Assembly (NCBI GenBank): GCA_051294375.1
Contig: CM119271.1
Coordinates: 4,093,990 to 4,157,989, forward strand
Source: Paraspadella gotoi
Taxonomy: Eukaryota; Animalia; Chaetognatha
Direction: 5' to 3'
Length of the DNA: 64,000 nucleotides
In this document: positions 1 through 13,900 of the stretch, piece by piece
Layout: each line of letters starts with the position of its first letter
Numbering within the stretch: the first letter of the stretch is position 1
Made by a program: the position numbers and the translations under genes
Notes under the pieces: model-generated
The model's input: only the letters and a program-made list of their open reading frames with translations
Told to the model about the DNA's origin: nothing
The model's database searches: none

Positions 1-970
1 AAAAATAATCTATCATGAGCATAGATTATAGTATTAAAATACTTTTTTGTCAAAATGCTTTCTTCTGATGTACTGCCAATTACTATATTAGAGAATTTTT
101 TTTTAGTCTTTTAATTTTTGATGATTCTGATAGCGCAATAAAAAGTTAAACGAGAAATATAAGTAAACAGCAGCCTTTTCAAAATTTCTACATTTCTCTG
201 AAAAATTTAAAAAAACTGGATAAATCATCGAAAGATGATGATAGAGATAATTTTTTTTTCCGTTTTTCTTATTTTACCTACTTATCATAAATTATATTTA
301 AAAAGAATTATAGCTTAATATAGACAAATTTAATTATGAATCTGGTCTTAAAAATTTACAAATCCTCCAAAAATATTGCCTTTCCCATCTATAAATAAAT
401 ATTTAAAAATTAATTAACTAGGGTAATAGAGCCATACTAAAATTTTTTTGACTACTCCCATTGAGTGAAGCTCCTACTTAAACCATCCACAAGCCTGTCC
501 AAAGTAAGGGCAAGATAGCTTTAATTTAGATTAAATGAAAGGATAAATTTTTATATTGGTTGTACCAAACCGAAGAAGTGAGAAGAGTCTCCGTAAATTC
601 TACGAACGGGTACTTGTCTTGGAACAAGGCTTTGGGGTCGCTCGCTTACGGCTGGCCTCCCTCCCATCTAGACAACCATTAGTATTTTTCTTTTAAAATC
701 AATCGTTTTAAAAGAAAATTTCGGAAAAAACGTCTTTGAACTTACCCCAACCAACGTCATTTTATTTTTTGTCCCTGATGTTAATGTTAAGTCTTAAGAT
801 ATCATATTTTCTCGCGTCAAGAGTTTTTTTTCTTTACGGGATCGATTTTTGCTTTTTCTCAAACAACAAAGAATCATTGAAAAAAACTCAGGCTAACGCA
901 TTTTTTTTTCCTCGTTTCTACCTCTGTTCGTTTTTTTTTCCCCTTTGAACGCAGAGAGAGAGAAGAGAGA

Positions 971-1048
<78 letters not shown>

Positions 1049-1165
1049 AAGAAATCGATAGAAGAGAAAACTTTCCGTTCTCAATACGCAATCATGCTTG
1101 TTGATTCCGTTGAAGAGGAAGCAAACATCGGGAAAATAAACAGGGCGGGCGGTACCACATTGTTA

Positions 1166-1209
<44 letters not shown>

Positions 1210-2533
1210 AAAGAAAGAAAGAAAGAAAGAAAAAAAGAAAGAAGAAAGATAATAAAGTGCGCGAAAAAAGAAAGAAAGAAAAAGAAAGATAAAGAGCGCG
1301 AAAAAAAAAAGAAGTTGGATTCGGACTTCCATATCTCCTCATATTAATCAAACAAAAACGAAAGTAACAAAAAAAACAAAAGAAATAGAGGCAACCGGGG
1401 AGCTGTTCTAATATGAACGAAATGATGTTAATAAACCCGAAAAAAAAATAATCCGTTTATAGCGAAATCAATAATTCATCGTCGGGAAGTCAAACAGACG
1501 GTGGGAGGTAGAAGAAGAAAGGAGAGAGATAGAAGGAGAAGAAGTAGAGGAAAGGAGTTTAAGAATGAAGGGAAGAAGAAGAAAAATAGGCGAGGGAGGA
1601 GTAAGAGGAAGTGAAGGAAAGAAGTATGAGAAAAGGAGCTAGTTTAAGAAATAGGAAACAAGAATGTGTTGCGCCGCAGTGACTGACTTATCACGTGTAT
1701 TTCTCGTGACATGAATGACAAGAGCTCGTATATTTATAACATGCACTGCATCAAATTCCGTCTTTTATTCTATTTTAGTTTTAGGATTTCCTGAGGCGGC
1801 GCGAGCCAGTCCCTAGATTGAGGTCTTTTCCTGTCTTAACAAAAAGAGCCAATTCTTGGAAATTATATGCATTTTTAAACGTATGTGGGACAGACCGATA
1901 GACAGACATACCGACCGACGGACCGACGGACGAACGAAATGACTAAAAATGGAAACGAAGGTAATAAGAGAGAAACGAAAGAAAAGGCAGATGAAAACAA
2001 TTGCTAAAGAAAAGAGTTTTGATTTTAAAAAAGAAATGTAACACTAAGGTAGTTTGTCGATTTTTTTCTTACCATTTTTAAATCGATAAAAATGTAAATC
2101 TTCATCGATCACACATAATTTCGGGAAAGTCGATCCGCACAGCCGACCCTACACCAGACAGACATCATCAACAAATCAACAAAAGAGCAACGGGATGACC
2201 ATTAGGCATCAGGCGGTGAAGCTCTCCTACGAAGAATGGCGCGTTGAAGCCTCAATGACGTCCGAAGCCGACGATTTGCTTGCTCTTCACACAACGAGTT
2301 GCAGGGGTGGAGAAAAGAAAGGGGGAAGTGGATGAGAGGGAGAGGGATAAAAACAAATAATGGGTAAGATGAAAAGGAGACATGACAGGAAAAAAAGAAG
2401 GTTGAAAAAAAAAGTGGGAAAACAGTTAAGATGGATAAAAAAATATATCCGAGAAAGGAGAAAAGTTGTGACAAAAAAAAAAACGGACAAAATGGAGAGA
2501 CTGGAAAATGGGGTCACTGTGATCGAAAAGTGA
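1..2533 (+). repeat. About 2.5-kb block duplicated at 9763-12292 (composite of repeats and microsatellites)
   Basis: Colinear near-identity from aaaaataatctatcatgagc to gatcgaaaagtgag; differences are mostly 1-bp indels. Confidence 0.9.
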
Positions 2534-3133
2534 GAGAGAGAGAGAGAGAAACGCCCCCAGCATTCATGGTTTATGCAGAGTCTTGGAGGTTTCATGACTA
2601 CGGAATGAAGCACCGTCGCGTCGACGACGACGACGACGACGACGACAATGACAACGACGAATTTACCGAGTGGCTTTTTTTTCTCTCTTGGCGCCAAGAA
2701 TCATCGGCGGTGGGCGTGTCTCTTCGACGGCGGCGGTGGCGGCGATGAGGAAGTTGGTCTCGTGGGTCCGTCGTCAGAAGTGGCATCAAGTGGCGGTCGA
2801 TGGAATTCGGAAGTCATATGGAGAGAATAGAGAATTGGCGGGGCTGAGGTTAGAGAGACAGAGACAGAGACAGATCTGTTTTTCTTTTTTTTTGTTCCTG
2901 TGTCGGCGCTTACGTCGCCAACGGTCGCAACGCCCGTTGAACTTTCTCGTGTCTAATAGTTTGATTTTTTAACAAATATCAAGGGAAAATAAACATACAA
3001 TATGAAATAATAATGTTTTGCTAAAAATTTGGCATGAAAATCATACACATTTATTCTCAAAAAAAAAAAAAAATCAAACCCGGTGATTCCCGAGTGTAAT
3101 CGAAAAATAAAAGTGTTTTGCTGATGATAACAA

Positions 3134-3252
3134 GACAAGAGCGACATCTGCAAGAAACAAAAGACAATAGCGACATCTGCAAGAAACAAAAGACAAGAGC
3201 GACATCTGCAAGAAACAAAAGACAAGAGCGACATCTGCAAGAAACAAAAGAC
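3134..3252 (+). repeat. 29-bp minisatellite, about 4 copies (gacaagagcgacatctgcaagaaacaaaa)
   Basis: Directly visible tandem units. Confidence 0.9.
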
Positions 3253-3839
3253 GCCCAATAAGAAAGAGAGAGTGACTCTTTTTTCTTAATATCGTAAAAA
3301 CGCGTCGAAGGAGACGAAGGAAACGATTTCGAAATGGAGGGGGGCGGCGCACGAGGAGGGGGGGGGAATCTCTCGGATCCGCAATCGACGAAATTGACGT
3401 CGCAATATTTTTTTTTCTTCATTTCGCGCGATGAAAAAATATAAAGATGGCGTCGAAATGAATCGACCGTTGGCATATCGACGCCGTCGGGAGATAAGAA
3501 GATTGAAATCTTTGTCGGTAAGACGGTGGCCGACAATAGATGGCGATACGATGTCGAAGTGACCGACAAAGTGACAGTTTGGTCCTTGGTTACGATCCGG
3601 CGAATCCGAAAAAAAAAAGTTTGGATATCGGATTATATTGTTATAAAAATATATATGAAGAACAAAAAGTAACCACTGGAAAATATTGAAAAAGTAAGAC
3701 AAAAGAAAAGAAAAAGAGAAAACTAAAAAAAAAAAAGAAAAGAAAAAAAACTCGACGAAACAATCTAAGAAAGAGAGCCTCGTATTACCTTTGGGAAGAG
3801 GCGTTGTCAATTTATTGAGAACAACGCTCTCGATATGAG

Positions 3840-3934
<95 letters not shown>

Positions 3935-5224
3935 CCATTTTCTCCAAGCTCATCTTTTGATTCATCTCTCGGAAACCATTTGTTTTTTTTCCCCCCCCCT
4001 CCGCCCCCGACGGCAAAAAAAAAAAAAAAAAAAAAAAGGCCGGAGGAAATCTGCGCAGAAGATTAAAGGAAAGTCAGTTGCACGCCCGTCCACAGGAGGT
4101 TCATTATGTTTATTGGATAATATTTATTGTTTATTTATTCTCTTTATTTTCTTTAAGTTTTATTATGAAATTGGTATATTATAAAGGCAAGTAATCTCGG
4201 CCAGTGAGTCAAAATGCTTCTTGTTATAAAGATGACAAAGTACTTGTTTCACTATTTCAAATGTCTTAATCTTAAAATATTTAACAAACATGGTTTTATT
4301 CATTTTATTTGTATTTTTCTCCTATTTTTTATCTTCTCCTTCTAATTATCTAAAATTTTTTAAAAAAATTATCCATTACTGGGAATAGAAATGGAGTGAG
4401 CATCTGTACGAAGCAAGGATAAAACTACTAAAGTTTTTTTGAGGAGGAAAAAAAAAACAACGTATTTTGTCGCTCGAGATTTTAATCACGTCACCAAATC
4501 CGAAGTTCCGTGACAAAAAAAAAGAATACTCATGTGACGAAGACATGAAGGTCGGGCCGTTGCTAAGTAACGCCGGAAAACAAAAATTCCTTTTGTGGCC
4601 CTTTTTGGCCCTTTTTAGTAGCTCGTTAGTCGAAAGTCGAAATTGGTGATGTGAAAATCTTAAATTGATTTTTTTTGTAGAAACGGAGTGCTTGTCACGA
4701 CTACCTTAAAACGTAATTCTTATCTTACTTATTAATCATTACATTGACGAACCAACAGAAAGAATTGTGGCTTTTTAGCCGCCAGTAAATAACTAAATAT
4801 TTCTTTCATCACATTTTCTTTTGAGAAAACTTTTCAACGCAGCGAGAAGCGCGACGTTTGACATAACAACAGGAAAGAATCGAAAGAACAAAGATGCTTT
4901 TTTCAAAAAAAGAAAAAAAAAAACTAAAAAAAAAAAACAAATGATCAAGATGGAAAACAACGGGAGAACTTCGCATCAAACGTCTTTTCCGCCATCGCCT
5001 TCACTTCTACCGTCAGATGGCTTCTTCGGCGGAAAACTTGTCACCAACGAAGCAGACTGCCTTTTTTTTTTAAATTTTAAGTGTCGACGACGACGACGAC
5101 AACGACAACGACGACGACAACGACGACGAGGGAGAGCGCACCTCAGGCGGGAAAGAATCGCGTGGGCGTCTTTGATAACTGCACTAAATCTTTCATGCTT
5201 TATTTCTCTCTCTCTTTCTCTCTC

Positions 5225-5278
<54 letters not shown>

Positions 5279-5398
5279 TCTCTCTCCTCTCTCTCTCTCT
5301 CTTTCTCTCTCTTCTTTTCCTTTTTTCTTGCCTTTTTTGTCTCAGGTCCATAAAGAGAGGAGAAGAAATTGAGAGAGCTGTGGAATGAGGGGAAAGGG

Positions 5399-5482
<84 letters not shown>

Positions 5483-6917
5483 AGACCAAGAAACGTACAC
5501 TCCAAATTAATTTATTGCAGCGATGCTCTTCTGAATTTCTTGGAAAATACTAAAAAAATTTAAAATTTAAAATATAAAACCACTTCCTTTACATGAAAAA
5601 TTAAGAAACCTGCATAATGCATATATTTTTTGTGGAAACACAAATATGTGAAACGAAAGTTTTAGTCAATTTAAAAACCGCAATGGTCGGTAAATTTTTT
5701 TATTTTGTTTTAAAAGTCATTAATCCTTATGTCTGTGTCTATGTGACATGTTAAGGAAAGCGGACTTAAGTCGTGGAGGTCGCATTAGTTAAGTTTAAAA
5801 GCAACAAGTCGATTTTGCTTTATACTAATGGATGCTTTAGGCCAATGTTGATTTTTTTTTTTTTTTCATATTGTGCATATTTCTTGCAGAAAAAAAAAAT
5901 GTTGATTCAAAATTTAAGAAAGATATAGTAAAAATCCATTAGAGCATTAAAATAAAAAAAAGCATAAAACTTTTACGTTATCAGAAATATTCTTTTTTTT
6001 ATTCTTAAAGAGTTTTCCAAATCGGTACCACTATTTTTCAAAAGCTCCCCATTTCTGTTCTAATACTTGTACTCGATTTTAAATCAAATATCTAATCCCA
6101 ATTTCTTCCTAAATATTTAAAAATAATTCCAAATACTAACCCCTTATCTAACCCTAACCAAATCTTTAAACCATTTCCTTAATATCTAAACTTAATCTGT
6201 AAAGCGATACCTTAACCTTCGACCTTGATGTTAATCCACAACCCTAACCTTTAACCAAGTCTCTAACCAAATCCTTAACTTAATGCTTATCTCTAACCCC
6301 TAACCTTAATGCTTATATCTAGCCCTTAACCTAATCCTTAAACTTAAAAACTAATTCAATTTTAAATTAAAACTGTATTGGGGTACTTTTGGAAAATATA
6401 CACATATTACAAATATAGTCTCTAAATTTTTAATTTTTGTTTTTTCAATATCGGAGAAAGGGAGCTCCTTTTCTCTTCCGTCCCTCTCTGTCAATTTGTC
6501 TCGCTTTCTTTCTTCTTCGCTATTATATTTCGTAGAATTTATATATAAATGTAATCTTCTATATTCAATATTATTCAATATACAATACAGTAAGATAACA
6601 ATTTGCTTTCGGCCATATACAATAAAAATATAACATCTGAAGTAATACACTAATCTAACTTCGCTAAAAAACAAAAATTAAATCCAAATTTTCAATAGGC
6701 AACAACAACAACAACACGACAACGACAACCAAAAAAAAAAAAAAACTAAACGAGAAGCAAATCAAAAGTCAAACTCAAAAGGGAAAAGGAAAAAAAAATA
6801 ATAATCGATCCCCTGAGTCGACGTCATCGACGAAACACTCAAAAAAAAAAAACTCTTATTTTTTCTTAGCAACGTCATTGTTGAGAGTCCTTGTTACCGG
6901 TAATCCTCAAGAGTCGA

Positions 6918-6964
<47 letters not shown>

Positions 6965-7402
6965 AATAGAACTTTCGCGACGACAATCGTTTCTCTCTAA
7001 CTCTCTCTGTCTCTCTCTCTCTCTCTGTCTCACTTATGTCACCCTCACATTTTTTTTTCCAAATTTAATTTTTATCGCGATACAAAGACAAGAAAATATA
7101 AAAAAGTCAATAAAAAAAGACGAAACTAATAAAAAAAAACCCAAAAAATAAGAATAACGAGATCGGAATCCATTATTTATATACAAAATCGTCGCGATAA
7201 TATAAAATTTTTATATATATTCTCCATTTCTAAATCGACAAAAAAAAAAACAAACTCTCCAACGGAAAAAAAAAAGCTTTTAGCAAGAGTTAAAAAGTAA
7301 ACAAGAATCGAGATTAATTCAAAAAATAAACTATTTTTAAAAAAATACCCGTTCTTGACGATAATAACGAATGATAAACAAACAAACATCAACGTAAACA
7401 AA

Positions 7403-10400
7403 ATGATATCGCCGTTCGGACTTTTTTTCGTTTGTTTATTGACGACGAATTTGGTTCCGTCCATCGTCGCCGAAGATCCCACGGTTGCGGCAACCGAAGC
7501 AACCGATTCTGCATCTGTACCAACGACGGATGCAGGTACAGATGCAGCGACAGATTCACTAACGGATGCATCAACTGTAGCAGTGACCGATGCTGCTACA
7601 GATTCGACAACAGACGCAGTAACCGAAGTTACGACGGCTGCGGCAACAGAAGCAGTAACCGAAGTTACGACGGCTGCGGCAACAGAAGCAGCTACGGATG
7701 CAGCAACAGAGGAGACGACGGCGGCGCCGACATCTGCGGCAACAGATGCGGCGACAAACGCGACAGATGCCGTCACGGAAGAAAACAACGCGACGTCGAC
7801 GACGCCGAACGTTACCGAGGCCGAGACGACGCAGCCGCCGCCGACTACAGCGCCGACGACAGCGACGCAGCCGCCGCGGCGCCGCATCGTCCTCACCATG
7901 ACGCTGACCATCGCCGACGTTTCGAAGGTCGAGTGCGAGAAGGTGAAGGCGAAGTTTGACGAGGGCGACCCAACGACGACGATGGCGACGACGACGATGG
8001 CGACGACGACGATGGCGACGACGACGATGGCGACGACAGACGATGGCGACGACGACGATGGCGGCCGTGGACGACGACGAAGGATGGCGACGACGACATA
8101 GGGCGTCTGCAACATCAGAGGTTGCGACGCGGGACGGAGCAGCGACGACGGCAGCTGCCTCCCCAGCGTCAGACGCCTCCCCGCCGGCCGTCACCACCTC
8201 AGCGCGAAGGCGTCGGGAAGCGGGGCAGGAGGCGGAGGCGTCGACGGCGGCAGCGGAGAAGGCGGTGAACGAGAAGACGTTCCTCGAAGACGCGACGAAG
8301 GCGTGGACGAAATTCGTAGAGGACGCTGGCGGCGTCAACGCGACCGCCAAAATAACTGCGGTTAGTCAGAGGAGGAGGGGGAGGAGGGGGAGGAGGAGGA
8401 GGAGGAGGAGGAGGAGGAGGAGGGGGAGAGGAAAGAGGAGGTTGAAGGCAAGTATTCCGTCAGAATAAAAGCCTTCCCCCTGGCGGGTGGCTAGGGTCGA
8501 CGCCGGGAGGTTATACCTAAGGATAGCCTCTGGGGGTGAGCAAAACCTATATACCTAGGTGTGTCCCCAAGGGGGATAGTTTCTTTAGCATTTAGGGGCA
8601 GACCTATGGCAGATCCCTTTGGGGTACAAAAAATTGCCTTCGACAGGGGTAACCCCTAAGTATAAAAAAACCTTCTTAAATGAAGCCAAGCTTTCTTAAT
8701 CAAGTAAGTTTTATTGTTCCCACAAAGAATTAGCATTGGGAGTGTCCTTGTAAAAGTCAAAAATTTATTCACCAAGGGTTAGCCCCTAGGAGTCACCCCT
8801 TAGTATATTGCATTAATGGCGCTCTTAAATGATTAAAAATTTTTTCCCCTTGGGATAGACTGCCCCAGGGGGCAGCCTCTTCTATCGTCCCAAGGGGAAG
8901 GCTTTTTGAGCGACGGTATATCTCGTTGAAGGCGGAGGTGTATTGCATTGGACGTTGCGGATTCAAGGATGAGATTGGTATATAAAACTGGAATAAAAAA
9001 GTACAAATATTTAACAAATACTAAATATTGAGAACGAGAATTTAACAAGAAGCAAATTTTAAAATTCAGCATGAAAGTTTTAAATTTGATAACTGTGATT
9101 AATGATAAATGATTATGACGAATATTTTGATGATGATGATGATGATGATGATGTTGCTGATGATGATGATGATGTTGCTGATGATGACTAAGATTTTTAT
9201 AATGATGATGATGATAATAATAATCTTGATACTTTCAATCAATAATCTCCCCCTCGATGCCTACCCCCGAATCCGATCTCTCCAACCCCCGAACCCCCAC
9301 AGGTGTACTGCGGGTCGATCTCCCTCGACCTCACCGTCGCCGCCAGCTCCCCGTCCGAAGAGGCCCTCAAGGATGGCATGGAGGCCAAAGCGGACGAGGG
9401 CCTCGACATCCAAGGCTTCGAAGTCTTGCCGAGGGAGATCAAGGCTGGAGTCAAGTGGGCAAGGCCGAAGGTGAGGTTTCATTTAGTTGTTGTTGTTGTT
9501 GTTGTTTTGTACATAAAAACTGGAGAATTAGGCCGATGGTAATGTCAATCATCATCATTACTATGGTGTGGTTGTAACTTTGTTGGAAGTGGTTTTATGT
9601 ACAATGAAAATGATACGATTAAAACAATGAGAAAAACATTGATAGGGAAGCCAGGTACTCTGGGAGTGAATAAACAAGACTGTGAGAGAGCCTTGATTGA
9701 AAACTTGCCGGGAACAGCTATAAGAGCCTTAAACTAGCCATAGCCGATGAAATTTAAATACTAAAAATAATCTATCATGAGCATAGATTATAGTATTAAA
9801 ATATTTTTTGTCAAAAATGCTTTCTTCTGATGGTACTAGCCTAATTACTATATAGAGAATTTTTTTTTAGTCTTTTAATTTTTTGATGGATTCTGATAGC
9901 GCATAAAAAGTTAAACGAGAAATATAATTACAGCTTTCAAAAATTCTTACATTTTCTCTGTAAAAATTTAAAAAAACTGATAAAATCATCGAAAGATGAT
10001 GATGATGATAATTTTTTCCGTTTTTTCTTATTTTTTACCTACTTATCATAATTATATTTAAAAAAGAATTATACTTAATATAGACAACTTTATTATGAAT
10101 CTGGTCTTAAAATTTACAATTTTCCTCCAAAAATTTGGCCTTTCCCATCTATAAATAAATATTTAAAAATTAATTACTAGGGTATAGAGCCATATAAAAT
10201 TTTTTTGACTACTCCCATTGAGTGCAGCTCCCCCTACTTAAACCATCAAAGCCTGTCCAAAGTAAGGGCAAGATAGCTTATTTATTAAATGAAAGGATAA
10301 TTTTTATATTGGTTGTACCAACCGAAGAAGGTGGAGAAGAGTCTCCGTAAATTCTACGGAACGGGTACTTGTCTTGGAACAAGGCTTTGGGGTCGCTCCG

Positions 10401-10710
10401 GCTTACGGCTGGCCTCCCTCTCATCTAGGACAACCAATTAGTATTTTCTTTTAAATCAATCTTTTAAAAGAAAAGTTTGCGAAACGTCTTTGAACTTACC
10501 CACAACCAACGTCAGTTTTATTTTTTGTCCCTGATGTTAAATGTTAAGTCTTAAGATAATTCATATTTTCTCGCGTCAAGAGTTTTTTTTCTTTACGGGA
10601 TCGATTTTTGCTTTTTCTCAAACAACAAAGAATCATTGAAAAAAACTCAGGCTAACGCATTTTTTTTTCCTCGTTTCTACCTCTGTTTCGTTTTTTTTTC
10701 CCCCTTGAAC

Positions 10711-10761
<51 letters not shown>

Positions 10762-10877
10762 AATCGATAGAAGAGAAAACCTTTCCGTTCTCAAATACGC
10801 AATCATGCTTGGTTGATTCCGTTGAAGAGGAGCAAACATCGGGAAAATAACACAGGGCGGCGGTACCATCATTGTGA

Positions 10878-10975
<98 letters not shown>

Positions 10976-13900
10976 AAGTGCGCGAAAAAAAGAAAGAAAG
11001 AAAGAAAGATAAAGAGCGCGAAAAAAAAAGAAGGTTGGATTCGGACTTCCATATCTCCTCATATTAATCAAACAAAAACGAAAGTTAACAAAAAAAACAA
11101 AAGAAATAGAGAGCAAACCGGGGAAGCTGTTCTAATATGAACGAGAATGATGTTAATAAACCCGAAAAAAAAAATAATCCGTTTATAGCGAAATCAATAA
11201 TTCATCGTCGGGAGAGTCAAACAAGACGGTGGGAGGTAGAAGAAGAAAGGAGAGAGATAGAAGGAGAAGAAGTAGAGGAAAGGAGTTTAAGAAGAAGGAA
11301 GAAGAAGAAAAATAGGCGAGGGAAGGAGTAAAGAGGAAGTGAAGGAAAGAAGTATGAGAAAAGGAGGATAGTATTAAAGAAGGTAGGAAACAAGAATGTG
11401 TTGCGCCGCAGTGACTGACTTATCACGTGTATTTCTCGTGACATGACATGACAAGAGCTCGTGTATTTATAACATGCACTGCATCAAAATTCCGTCTTTT
11501 ATTCTATTTTAGTTTTAGGATTTCCTGAAGGCGGCGCGAGCAGTCCCTTAGATTCGAGGTCTTTTCCTGTCTTAACAAAAGAGCAATTCTTGGGAAATTA
11601 TATGCATTTTTAACGTATGTGGGACAGACCGATAGACAGACATACCGACCGACGGACCGACGGACCGAACGAAAAGTGACTAAAAAATGGAAACGAAGGT
11701 AATAAGAGAGAAACGAAAAAGAAAAGGCAGATGAAAGACAATTGCTAAAGAAAAGAGTTTTGATTTAAAAAAAGAAATGTAAACACTAAGGTAGTTTGTC
11801 CGATTTTTTTTTCTTCCATTTTTAAATCGATAAAAATGTAAAATCTTCATCGATCCACACATAATTTCGGGAAAGTCGATCCGCACAGCCGACCCTACAC
11901 CAGACAGACATGCAATCAACAATCAACAAAAGAGCAACGGATGACCATTAGGGCATCAGGCGGTGAAGCTCTCCTAACGAAGAATGGCGCGTTGAAGCCT
12001 CAATGACGTCCGAAGCCGACGATTTGCTTGCTTCTTCACAAGCAAACGAGTTGCAGGGGTGGAGAAGAGAAAGGGGGAGAGTGGAGTGAGAGGGAGAGGG
12101 ATAAAAACAAATAATGGGGTAATGAGAAAAGGAGACATGACAGGATAAAAAAGAAGGTTGAAAAAAAAAGTGGGAAAACAGTTAAGATGGATAAAAAAAA
12201 TATATCCGAGAAAGGAGAAAAAGTTGTGACAAAAAAAAACGGACAAAAATGGAGAGACTGGAAAATGGGGGTCACTGTGATCGAAAAGTGAGTATGGGGA
12301 GCTGATTATCATAAGGAAACGAAAAGAACGGATCGCTATATGTAGTCGGGCATTGCCTAGGTTCACCTCGCCTATAAGCATGACACTTTCAATTTTAACC
12401 CGGTGGCTCATTGGGAAGCGTGAGAACGGCCGTAAGCCACCTTGGGGGTGTGGTAAACCCTCAAGCCTGGTTCCAAGCTCAGGACCCGTTCCATGGCTGC
12501 TAGAGGGGGTTATAGAAGTTACGGATAGTCATCTTCAGCCCACTTAGCGCCTTATCCACATATATCTACGACAACATTGGGTACAGCCACAAAGCAGTCA
12601 AGATTGGAGCGGAAATGTTAAAGAAACGAAAAGAGGGAGGACTGGGATTTTCGAGCGGACGAGATGTTCATTTGTCATTTCGGCGGACAAAAGAAAAATG
12701 AATCTCGTCGGCGTCGTTAGAGGGACAGAGAGGGACTTTTTTGACCAATCCCCTTTTTTTTTTCTTTGTCGAGAAAAAAAAATTGAACAGCGGGAAGAAA
12801 GATTGAAGATACTGGAATATGGACGTCGACGATGACGGCGACGATGACAGAGACGTCGGTGACAGAGGCCACTTCTGACACAGAGTGACAGCGACTGTCG
12901 GGGACTGATACGAGACGACGCGCGAAATGCGTGAAACTTGTCTTTGACGTTGACGTCAACGAGAGAGACAGAGACGAAAAAAAAAATATAGTGTCTGGAA
13001 TCTGGATGGAGGAAAGGAGAGAAAGACGATCAAAAAGGAACGAATTACTTAATCTCGTAGGGTAGCTTAAAATGAACTTGACTTAATGACTATATCAGAC
13101 CCTAAAAGTAACCAAAACTAACCATATATATTGCGAACTCGTTTTACACCTTAATTTTAATTTCCTCTCATTGAAATGTCGATTTATTGACAATTAAGAT
13201 TTTTATTTATCTTTCCAAATCCTGTTGATTATTTTCCCAGGATGAGGGCGATAAAAAGCCGAGGGAGATTTTAACCAACAATCCGGGACTCACCGAGGGC
13301 TCGATAGCAGGTAATACAGTATGATTTTTTTCAATTGTAACATTTCCTGTAGCGATATCTCAGAGTCCCTTCACCCTAGGTACTTAAATTATGGCTCATT
13401 TTACAGCCTGCTGTCTGGCATTTTTAGATCGATCAATTTTTACATTATTCTAATAACTTCTAGTCCCCAATGAACTCGTCAAATTTGTCAATCAACTTTT
13501 GATTTGTTTACCTTTTAATGTTTCACGTTGTCACAAGTTACTCACAACCAATCAAAACTTATTTAAATTTATATTCTAATATTTATATTCTAATATTTAT
13601 TCTTTAAAACTTGGTACAGGTTTTGTTTTCGTGCATTGAACAATAATATGACTAATGCTTTACAACATATTTTACATATTTTAGCTCTCAGTAGTATTTT
13701 GATATTTGAATTCACTTAAATTATATTTCATTTTAAAGAGGAGAAAAAATGCTACATGTTCTTTACCTCATATTTTTTTTGCTTTCATTTTAAGTACATT
13801 TTAAAAAAAAATTGGAAAATTGTATCGATGAAGTTTCAAATTTGACCTCCTCTTAATAGACGGTCACTAAATAAAGAAGACTCATTACAAATATGTTGAA

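Noticed and set aside
2540-3610. GC-richer patches that might be exons of a minus-strand gene (acceptor near 2844)
   Set aside because: No recognisable domain and no consistent exon chain could be built.
6140-6345. CCCTAA telomere-like repeats (also ~28940-29020, ~61005-61040)
   Set aside because: Short and degenerate; typical of MITE interiors, not a telomere or fusion site.
736-7151. Many SLSLSL / RERERE / FFLS ORFs
   Set aside because: Translations of (GA)n, (GAAA)n and (ACG)n microsatellites.
7177-8350. Minus-strand 312-aa and 259-aa ORFs
   Set aside because: Antisense shadows of the repetitive mucin exon.
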